Assembly (NCBI GenBank): GCA_002339085.1
Contig: DDDX01000060.1
Location: 26,525-90,524 of the forward strand
DNA from: Cellvibrionales bacterium UBA1969
Lineage (GTDB): Bacteria; Pseudomonadota; Gammaproteobacteria; Pseudomonadales; UBA7434
Length of the DNA: 64,000 nt
Reading direction: 5' to 3'
Below, piece by piece: positions 56,909 through 64,000 of the stretch (within the stretch, counting starts at the first letter, position 1; each line of letters opens with the position of its first letter). Made by a program: the position numbers and the translations under genes. The notes below the pieces were generated by a model. The model was not told the DNA's origin. It saw nothing but the letters and a program-made list of their open reading frames with translations, and searched no databases.

Positions 56909-57500
56909 TCCAATTCCTGGCTACCTTTTTTTGAAGGTGATTTTAGTTTGGTTGGCACTGTCAATGGCTGGTTTTTTTTGGGGTAACGGCTTCGCTTCAA
57001 CGATGACACCATTTTATGAATTCGTGACTGAAGCGGCATCCACTGATTATGTTGCCGCGATTTCAGTGAAAGAAAGACAAGAAGATGCCATTGTCTTAGC
57101 TGCGACAGCCATCAGGGCTAAACAAATTACCCCTTCCCGCACACTTCCTGCTGGAACAACAATATCGTCTGATATTACGGTCCTTCATACCCTTGTACCG
57201 CTTATTATTTTCCTAACAATCATTCTATGCTGGCCAATAAAATCATGGCAGCAAAGCGTATGGATCATGCTATTTGCCATTCCCTCATTTTTTTGCATCT
57301 CGGCTGCAACAGCACCCATACAATTATTAGGCTTACTGGAGATGGGGTTTCAAAACGCTGCCAATCAAGCTGGCTTCGCTCGCGAGGAATCATTTGCGCT
57401 GAAATGGATGCTGTTAACGGAAGGCGGCGGACGCTGGTTAATACCGGCTCTATTTGGCTTAGCCTGCGGAGCGATTAGCGAAAGGATGATAAAAAAATAA
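56895..57500 (+). CDS. Polytopic membrane protein translationally coupled to the exosortase-like gene
   Basis: 201 aa with 4-5 hydrophobic segments. It overlaps the upstream gene by 14 nt. I recognise no enzymatic motif. Confidence 0.7.
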   Translation: MTMNNPIPGYLFLKVILVWLALSMAGFFWGNGFASTMTPFYEFVTEAASTDYVAAISVKERQEDAIVLAATAIRAKQITPSRTLPAGTTISSDITVLHTLVPLIIFLTIILCWPIKSWQQSVWIMLFAIPSFFCISAATAPIQLLGLLEMGFQNAANQAGFAREESFALKWMLLTEGGGRWLIPALFGLACGAISERMIKK

Positions 57501-57503
57501 CCA

Positions 57504-57902
57504 CTAATCGTTTTTATTTGGATCAATATCTTCTATATCGCGGCGATTCTCAACCTTGATATCCCCACTGACAACTTGCCAGAAATTGCCAATTTGCTTG
57601 GCCAAATCTAAACCCATTGACCGTTTTGAGCTTCGCCCTTCGGCAGGGAAAAACTCTTTAATATTTATGTCTAGAATGGCTTCATACTTTTTAATTGTGC
57701 GTTTACTGTGCACTAAGAGCAAGACTTTCCAGCCAAAATGATAACCTACCATCAACATACCAACCGCTTTTTCCAACTCCTCTAGAGAACCTGAAAAATT
57801 GGCCACGGCCAGACCCACTTTGTCAAAAGCAGCAATTTTTTCAGCATCAGATAACTCAGCTAAGGCTGCTAAATTACGCTCTAATCGTACCGGATCACTC
57901 AT
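57504..57902 (-). CDS. Hypothetical protein (no recognisable family)
   Basis: 132-aa soluble ORF with a charged C-terminus. It is convergent with the membrane-protein gene, stop codons 3 nt apart, and is preceded by a 424-bp non-coding region. Confidence 0.55.
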   Translation of the reverse strand: MSDPVRLERNLAALAELSDAEKIAAFDKVGLAVANFSGSLEELEKAVGMLMVGYHFGWKVLLLVHSKRTIKKYEAILDINIKEFFPAEGRSSKRSMGLDLAKQIGNFWQVVSGDIKVENRRDIEDIDPNKND

Positions 57903-58326
57903 TGAATATCGCCGTCAATAGGGTATTTAACACGCTAAGGCATGGCAAAAACATAGCGCCACCTGTGTGGTTAAATTTTAATCAATCCAGACCCTTCAGT
58001 TTAAGTCTCTATCTAGTATAGCTAGCTTACAGAAAAAACGCAGTTAAACTCAAAACAGGTTGATTTATCAGCAAGATAAGGAGCTACGAAGCCTAATATC
58101 AGTTGAGATATATAACGCTTCTGATGCGTTTATATGAAACGTATAAATGAACTGCTTCATTAATGAAATATTTTCTCTAACCCGGAAGGCAAAGCGGATA
58201 AGCTGACAAAAAATACAGTCGAGTCATTTCTTAGTATCAAGAAAAAATCACAAAAACATACAACGACTTTCAAATTCAATCTGCTATTCTTGCTGCTCTT
58301 CAGATTACACGCTTAGAGGAAAGCTA

Positions 58327-58554
58327 ATGGATCCGCTCAATTCTGTTCTAATGTTTTTTGGCTTCACATTGCTAATTGCTAGTTGGATACAAATGATTGT
58401 TACTGCCTCACAAGAAGATTTTACTTGGGGTTTATTTTCGTTTTTTTTACCGCCTCTCGCCTACCTCTATGCGCTCACTCAGTGGGACAAAGCAGGCGAC
58501 TCGATTAAAATGGCTATCGGTGGCCTAGCATTTTTATTTTTTGCATTTAGCTAA
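58327..58554 (+). CDS. Small membrane protein (2-3 TM)
   Basis: 75-aa ORF that is strongly hydrophobic. AGAGGAAAG lies 3 nt upstream of the ATG, a good RBS. Confidence 0.6.
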   Translation: MDPLNSVLMFFGFTLLIASWIQMIVTASQEDFTWGLFSFFLPPLAYLYALTQWDKAGDSIKMAIGGLAFLFFAFS

Positions 58555-58561
58555 TACCTAA

Positions 58562-59677
58562 TTAGTCGTAAAGATAAGTCGCTTTCAGCCGTGACAGCTC
58601 AGACGAACTTAAACCAATTTGCTGCTCAAGGTATGAGATAGTACCACCGAATTCTGCTTTAATTGTGTTGATCGCAGTTTGCAGATAACTAGGCTTCACT
58701 TTCAAGATGACAGCCAAGGCCTGATGATTAAATTCGCCCTGATATGCGTTTATTGCTTCTCGCGCTGCCTTTACTTTGTGCGAGTCCGCGCCGGCAGTTT
58801 CGGTTTGATTAGTGCCGTAATTTGCTGTCCATCGAGCAATTTCACGCTCGATTTTGACATACTGATTCGTCAGTAAATAATCGGCCATAATATCATCATC
58901 CGATACACCCAGCGCGGATAACAACAATAAACCACCAAAGCCAGTTCGGTCTTTGCCTGCTGAACAATGTATAATAGAGCCTCCATCAGCCGATGCTAGT
59001 AATTGATCAAACATGGCGCGATAACTGGACTGATGATTAATGACTAAATCATGATTAATATCCTGCATAAAAGCATCAATCTTAGCTTCATCTATCGCTT
59101 GATCTGAAATGGCAGAAAATAAATCAATCGCGCTCCCTGGCGAGATGGGAATAGCGGTAGGCTGTAAACCTTGCGGTAATAAGCTCGGTTGCTTGGCAGC
59201 TTCTTCTGGCCGACGAAAATCACATACCGCTTGGATATTAAGCTGACTCAACACCGCGATATCTCTGTCGTTCATTTCGCCCATGTGCCCAGTACGAAAT
59301 AACTTACCCCACATCACTTGCCTGCCATATTGTGTGTGATAACCTCCATAATCTCTAAAATTAGCCGTCGCAGACATAGGTAAATGGCGACAGGCTATCC
59401 TTATTAAGGCCGAACCAGCATGATTGTTTTGCACTAATAGGATGGGATGAGCAAGAGCATCAACCTCATCATTGACACGCGCGCTTAATGCGTCAAATGA
59501 TAATACTGCATCGCTTATTTCAGTTAATGCAAGCGCAGGTGAAAATGATTCTCCAGCGCACTGCTCAAGGTAAAACTGATAATCGTTTAGGTCAACAGAT
59601 TCAGGCGGACTTATCTGCCAACCATTATCATGGGCAATCAGTGCCCAGTTGGCATTCGAACTATGTTGTTTATTCAT
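58562..59677 (-). CDS. Tyrosine/dual-specificity protein phosphatase family protein (CX5R)
   Basis: 371 aa. The P-loop HCSAGKDRTG (CX5R) lies in the C-terminal half. About 100 aa of N-terminal extension has no recognisable motif. Confidence 0.78.
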   Translation of the reverse strand: MNKQHSSNANWALIAHDNGWQISPPESVDLNDYQFYLEQCAGESFSPALALTEISDAVLSFDALSARVNDEVDALAHPILLVQNNHAGSALIRIACRHLPMSATANFRDYGGYHTQYGRQVMWGKLFRTGHMGEMNDRDIAVLSQLNIQAVCDFRRPEEAAKQPSLLPQGLQPTAIPISPGSAIDLFSAISDQAIDEAKIDAFMQDINHDLVINHQSSYRAMFDQLLASADGGSIIHCSAGKDRTGFGGLLLLSALGVSDDDIMADYLLTNQYVKIEREIARWTANYGTNQTETAGADSHKVKAAREAINAYQGEFNHQALAVILKVKPSYLQTAINTIKAEFGGTISYLEQQIGLSSSELSRLKATYLYD

Positions 59678-59828
59678 AGATTATATCTACTGACGTTGAG
59701 CTAATTTGTAGCAATCGAAGCAAAATAAAAAAGAGTAGTTCATATTAGCAGTACGGCGTCGATCAGCAAGTCAAAAACCTGCTTTTCAACGGATTTTAAA
59801 AAAATGTCATCTGCAGTATTTTTCAGGC

Positions 59829-59873
59829 AAAAAAAACGCACCGTACTACAAGCTCGGTGCGCTTATGTTTTTT
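59829..59873 (-). terminator. Rho-independent terminator about 220 nt downstream of ssb
   Basis: Stem CGCACCG / CGGTGCG (59837-59843 / 59855-59861) with an 11-nt loop. An A8 run directly abuts the stem on the plus strand, giving a U8 tract on the minus strand. A T-run on the plus side lies 5 nt away. Confidence 0.6.
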
Positions 59874-60082
59874 ACTAGATTACTTTCGGGTCGCCAGAAC
59901 ATCATTTTTGATTATTATCATTGATGCACATTTGTCTAACAAACTCACCACTCTGGCGGTGATACTTTTACTTTAGCTGAAAAGTAATGGACCGCAAGCC
60001 AATCAGAGTTTTTACAGTGCAAGCAACTTAAACGGTAATGTTTGATCGAAAAACAACCTATCAAATATCTAAGCAATACACA

Positions 60083-60571
60083 TTAAAACGGAATATCATC
60101 ATCCCAGTCATCACCACTGGCGGGTGCCATCTGGGCTTGAGCTTGCTGCCCCTGAGGGACAGCCTGCTGAGGCTGAGTAGCTGCGCCACTCTGATACGAC
60201 TGACCAACCTGTCCAGTCTGTCCGTCGCTCATACCGCGGCTATCAAGCATTTGCATTTCATTACCCACAATCTCAGTGGTGTAGCGATCTTGCCCCTCCT
60301 TATCTTGCCACTTACGAGTTCTCAGCGAGCCCTCAACATAAATTTTAGAACCTTTTTTAAGGTATTCACCGGCTATCTCGCCTAAACGGCTAAAGAACAC
60401 CACACGATGCCACTCAGTACGTTCCTGCTGCTGGCCTGTCTGTTTATCCTTCCAAGACTCACTGGTGGCAATACTCACGTTAGTGACTGCTGCCCCTGCT
60501 GCTGAAAAGCGTGTTTCTGGGTCTTGGCCACAATTACCGACCAAGATAACTTTATTGATTCCGCGTGCCAT
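60083..60571 (-). CDS. ssb: Single-stranded DNA-binding protein
   Basis: 162 aa. Starts [18 protein letters not shown], has a Gly/Gln-rich linker and ends in the acidic tip DDDIPF. Confidence 0.95.
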   Translation of the reverse strand: MARGINKVILVGNCGQDPETRFSAAGAAVTNVSIATSESWKDKQTGQQQERTEWHRVVFFSRLGEIAGEYLKKGSKIYVEGSLRTRKWQDKEGQDRYTTEIVGNEMQMLDSRGMSDGQTGQVGQSYQSGAATQPQQAVPQGQQAQAQMAPASGDDWDDDIPF

Positions 60572-60939
60572 GCTTTGTCTCCACTCAAAAACTTGTTATA
60601 TAAAATACAATATATACGAATCAGGCGCCAAGCTCCACCATATTGACCGCTATCCTCTTCAAATATGCGTTTTCACTCTCACTGAGCTGAAACGCCTCAC
60701 CCATGACCAAGTTGAAGGGATTATTTAGATGGCTTAGCAGCCCATTAATCTCGCTTTGCTATAACGTGTCTCGATCATTATAATTGGCAGTTTGCCTTGG
60801 CAATAACATTCTACTCACTTAATCGATCTATGCAGTGGGCAGTGGCTAAATCAAGCGCTTGGCGTCGATTGCTTTTGAGCCAGTTAATTGACTACGGCGT
60901 ATAAACGAGATTAACTTTTGTTTTATAGTCAGTGACCCC

Positions 60940-63762
60940 ATGGATAAAATTGTTGTACGCGGTGCGCGCACCCACAATCTCAAAGACATTAACATCGAGC
61001 TTCCTCGCGATAGCTTTATTGTTATCACTGGTCTTTCCGGCTCAGGCAAATCTTCGTTAGCATTTGATACCTTATATGCAGAGGGTCAACGTCGATATGT
61101 TGAATCGCTTTCAACTTATGCACGCCAATTTTTATCTTTGATGGAAAAACCCGATGTTGATCACATCGAAGGTTTATCACCCGCTATTTCAATTGAGCAA
61201 AAATCAACTTCTCACAACCCTCGCTCCACCGTCGGCACGATTACTGAAATCTATGATTATTTGCGCTTACTCTATGCTCGTGCCGGAACACCCCAATGCC
61301 CTGACCATCAACTCGATCTAGAAGCACAAACCGTGAGCCAAATGGTTGACGCCGTTCTAGCCCTTCCCGAAGGCAGTAAAGTGATGCTGTTAGCGCCGAT
61401 CATAAAAGACCGTAAAGGCGAGCACTTAAAGCTGTTCGATAAACTAAAACAAGAAGGTTTTGTTAGAGTCAGAGTCAACGGTGAGATTTACGATATTGAT
61501 GAAATTCCTGCGCTGAAAAAAAATAACAAGCACAGCATCGAAGTAGTCGTCGATCGGTTCAAGGTTAGAGATGATCTTCAACAACGGATCGCCGACTCTT
61601 TTGAAACAGCACTGGGGTTAGCTGAGGGGGTTGCCAGTATTGGCTTTATTGATGGTGAAGCCGATGATATGGTCTTTTCGGCTAACTATGCTTGTCCCGA
61701 GTGCGGCTATAGCATAAATGAGCTGGAGCCACGCTTATTTTCATTTAACAACCCTGCTGGCGCCTGCGCAGAATGTGACGGTCTAGGAGTAAAACAATAT
61801 TTTGATCTAGAGCGTGTTGTTCAGTATCCAGACTCTAGCCTCGCTGAGGGTGCCATTAGGGGTTGGGATAAACGCAGTGTGTATTATTTTCACATGTTAA
61901 AATCTTTAGCGGAACATTTTTCTTTTTCTATCGACACCCCATTTAAAGAATTAACTAAAAAACAACGCGAAATCATCTTAAACGGCAGTGACGAAGAAGT
62001 GGTTTTCTCCTATGTCAATGATCGCGGTGATGTTTTCAAACGCACCCATGCGTTTGAAGGCATCATACCCAATATGGAGCGCCGTTACCGTGAGACCCAA
62101 TCACAAATGGTGCGCGATGAACTGACTAAATTTATTAGCAACCAGGTCTGTCCATCTTGTTCCGGTTCGCGACTAAGACGCAGTGCCAGACACGTATTTG
62201 TTGATGGGAAAAACTTGCCTTCCATTACTGCCATGCCAGTTTCCACAGCGCAAGATTATTTTAATCGACTATCTCTGCCTGGTAAGCGCGGTAAAATCGC
62301 CGATAAAATTATCAAAGAAATTCATCAGCGGTTAGAATTTTTAGTTGATGTCGGTTTAAATTATCTTACCCTCGACCGAAATGCGGATAGTCTATCAGGT
62401 GGTGAGGCACAGCGTATTCGTTTAGCCAGCCAAATTGGCGCCGGCTTAGTAGGCGTTATGTACATCCTAGATGAACCATCCATTGGCCTGCACCAACGGG
62501 ACAATGAACGTCTTCTCAAAACATTGCTTCGACTTCGCGACTTAGGCAACACCGTGATTGTCGTTGAACATGATGAAGACGCGATTCGAAGAGCCGATTA
62601 TGTCGTCGATATCGGGCCGGGGGCCGGTGTGCACGGCGGCGAAATTGTTGGCCAAGGTAGCATAGAAAAAATCATGCGTTGCCGCAAGTCGATTACCGGT
62701 CAATACCTCAGCGGTAAAAAATATATTGCTGTACCAAGTCAACGGCACCCAATCGATAAAGCTCAACAAATTCGTTTAACTGCTGCGACGGGGAATAATC
62801 TTCAAAAAGTCGATATCAATATCCCCTTAGGTTTATTGACTTGTGTTACCGGCGTTTCCGGTTCAGGCAAATCAACCTTAATTAACGGTACGCTCTACCC
62901 CGCTGCTGCCATTGCACTAAATGGTGCGACAACCCTCAAACCAGCTCCTCACGACTCAATTGAAGGTTTAGATCTTTTAGATAAATGTATCGACATTGAT
63001 CAAAGTCCGATTGGTCGAACACCTCGTTCTAATCCTGCTACCTACACTGGTATTTTTACGCCAGTCCGCGAATTATTTGCTGGCACCCAAGAAGCTCGCA
63101 CACGTGGCTATAAACCTGGACGGTTCAGTTTTAATGTTAAGGGTGGTCGCTGTGAAGCCTGTCAAGGCGACGGTGTCATCAAGGTCGAGATGCATTTCTT
63201 ACCCGACGTTTACGTCGCCTGTGACATCTGTAAAGGCCAGCGCTATAACCGCGAAACCTTAGAAGTCACCTATAAAGGAAAAAATATTTATCAAGTGTTG
63301 GATATGACGGCAGAAGATGCGCTCGAGTTCTTCTCGGTCATACCTTCTATTGCAAAAAAACTTCAAACCTTAATCGATGTTGGCCTCAGCTATGTCAACC
63401 TCGGTCAAGCAGCTACAACTTTGTCCGGCGGCGAGGCTCAGCGGGTAAAATTAGCTAAGGAGCTCTCCAAACGCGACACAGGCAGAACATTATATATCCT
63501 TGACGAACCCACCACAGGACTTCACTTTGCCGATATCCAGCAACTATTAACGGTATTGCATCAATTACGCGACAGAGGCAATACGATGGTCATCATCGAA
63601 CATAATCTCGATGTGATTAAAACGGCCGATTGGATAATTGATCTTGGGCCAGAAGGCGGCAGTGGCGGCGGTCAAATAATTGCCGAAGGAACACCTGAGG
63701 CAATTATCGAGGTTAAAAAATCACACACCGGTAAATTTCTTAAACCGTTACTAAAAAAATAA
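60940..63762 (+). CDS. uvrA: Excinuclease ABC subunit A
   Basis: 940 aa. Starts [24 protein letters not shown], has two Walker A motifs ([18 protein letters not shown]), zinc-finger Cys clusters and LSGGEAQR signatures. Confidence 0.97.
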   Translation: MDKIVVRGARTHNLKDINIELPRDSFIVITGLSGSGKSSLAFDTLYAEGQRRYVESLSTYARQFLSLMEKPDVDHIEGLSPAISIEQKSTSHNPRSTVGTITEIYDYLRLLYARAGTPQCPDHQLDLEAQTVSQMVDAVLALPEGSKVMLLAPIIKDRKGEHLKLFDKLKQEGFVRVRVNGEIYDIDEIPALKKNNKHSIEVVVDRFKVRDDLQQRIADSFETALGLAEGVASIGFIDGEADDMVFSANYACPECGYSINELEPRLFSFNNPAGACAECDGLGVKQYFDLERVVQYPDSSLAEGAIRGWDKRSVYYFHMLKSLAEHFSFSIDTPFKELTKKQREIILNGSDEEVVFSYVNDRGDVFKRTHAFEGIIPNMERRYRETQSQMVRDELTKFISNQVCPSCSGSRLRRSARHVFVDGKNLPSITAMPVSTAQDYFNRLSLPGKRGKIADKIIKEIHQRLEFLVDVGLNYLTLDRNADSLSGGEAQRIRLASQIGAGLVGVMYILDEPSIGLHQRDNERLLKTLLRLRDLGNTVIVVEHDEDAIRRADYVVDIGPGAGVHGGEIVGQGSIEKIMRCRKSITGQYLSGKKYIAVPSQRHPIDKAQQIRLTAATGNNLQKVDINIPLGLLTCVTGVSGSGKSTLINGTLYPAAAIALNGATTLKPAPHDSIEGLDLLDKCIDIDQSPIGRTPRSNPATYTGIFTPVRELFAGTQEARTRGYKPGRFSFNVKGGRCEACQGDGVIKVEMHFLPDVYVACDICKGQRYNRETLEVTYKGKNIYQVLDMTAEDALEFFSVIPSIAKKLQTLIDVGLSYVNLGQAATTLSGGEAQRVKLAKELSKRDTGRTLYILDEPTTGLHFADIQQLLTVLHQLRDRGNTMVIIEHNLDVIKTADWIIDLGPEGGSGGGQIIAEGTPEAIIEVKKSHTGKFLKPLLKK

Positions 63763-63794
63763 CTTTATTTTCTTTATTTATTTTCAACAAACAT

Positions 63795-63822
63795 AAAAAA
63801 ACCGAGCTTCGCTCGGTTTTTT
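63795..63822. terminator. Bidirectional rho-independent terminator between uvrA and rplQ
   Basis: The sequence is AAAAAA-ACCGAGC-ttc-GCTCGGT-TTTTT. It has a 7-bp stem and 3-nt loop flanked by an A-run and a T-run. Confidence 0.75.
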
Positions 63823-63835
63823 AATGGAGCATCTT

Positions 63836-64000
63836 ATTCGTCATCAAAATCATCGTCGAAGTCTAATTCATCATTTTGCGGGCGATCAACCAGTTCAACA
63901 TAGGCCATAGGAGCTTTATCACCAGTCCGGTAGCCACACTTCAAAATACGAATATAACCACCAGGGCGAGCCTCGTAACGAGGGCCTAGCTCAGAGAATA
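63836..64000 (-). CDS. rplQ: 50S ribosomal protein L17, C-terminal 54 codons (gene continues beyond the right edge)
   Basis: Not in the ORF track. Reverse translation gives ...[53 protein letters not shown]. This matches the L17 C-terminus (E. coli ..GGYTRILKAGFR.GDNAPMAYIELVDR). Confidence 0.9.

Noticed and set aside
58156-58167. Perfect 12-bp palindrome TTCATTAATGAA upstream of the 75-aa membrane-protein gene
   Set aside because: About 15 perfect 12-bp palindromes are expected by chance in 64 kb, and more in AT-rich DNA. No second copy or matching regulator gene was seen.
60591-60618. Possible LexA/SOS box in the ssb-uvrA divergent region (TTGT-tatataaaat-ACAA)
   Set aside because: The TGT...ACA half-sites are 13 nt apart instead of the 11 nt in CTGT-N8-ACAG, and both outer positions deviate. 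No other CTG-N10-CAG occurs in 60572-60939. Pseudomonas-type LexA regulons are known to be small and can lack uvrA and ssb, so absence is not anomalous.
1-64000. Search for CRISPR arrays, tRNA/rRNA genes, IS elements, integrases, prophage or known defence-system genes
   Set aside because: I found no direct-repeat arrays in any gap and no tRNA-like T-arm contexts outside coding sequence. No protein has a transposase, recombinase, nuclease-helicase or other defence-type signature. The window appears to be metabolic and housekeeping chromosome.

Overview
This is a 64-kb chromosomal segment of a moderately AT-rich gammaproteobacterium. Gene order resembles Pseudomonas/Cellvibrionales-type marine gammaproteobacteria, but that is only a taxonomic guess. 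I can support 59 protein-coding genes and 4 intrinsic terminators. Two genes are cut by the window edges: gyrA on the left and rplQ on the right. I saw no rRNA, tRNA, CRISPR array, transposase, integrase, phage gene, toxin-antitoxin pair or recognisable defence system. Conserved housekeeping blocks are gyrA-mtaD-ubiG-HAD phosphatase-yciK, purC ... MBL-bamC-dapA, cmoA-cmoB and ssb<>uvrA-rplQ. They are interleaved with an unusually dense set of oxidative catabolic genes: 6 SDRs, 2 KstD-like flavoproteins, 2 acyl-CoA dehydrogenases, an HsaA-like and an HsaC-like enzyme, a BVMO/esterase cassette, an LLM oxidoreductase, a MaoC dehydratase and an epoxide-hydrolase-like protein. No transcription factor is evident anywhere. 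The best candidates for undescribed biology are these four. (i) A nine-gene minus-strand cluster (5.4-17.2 kb) combines a TauD-type dioxygenase, sulfotransferase, Zn-ADH, MFS transporter, cytoplasmic molybdoenzyme, secreted DUF3604 and beta-propeller proteins, an EthD-like protein and a DUF385 protein. (ii) An HsaC/HsaA-containing cassette is inserted in opposite orientation into the normally contiguous purC-bamC-dapA locus. (iii) A small exosortase-like gene is translationally coupled to a membrane protein, with no cognate sorting-signal substrate in the window. (iv) Three unusually long non-coding gaps of 405-579 bp sit in an otherwise compact genome. All functional calls come from reading the translated ORFs against remembered family motifs. 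No database search was run.
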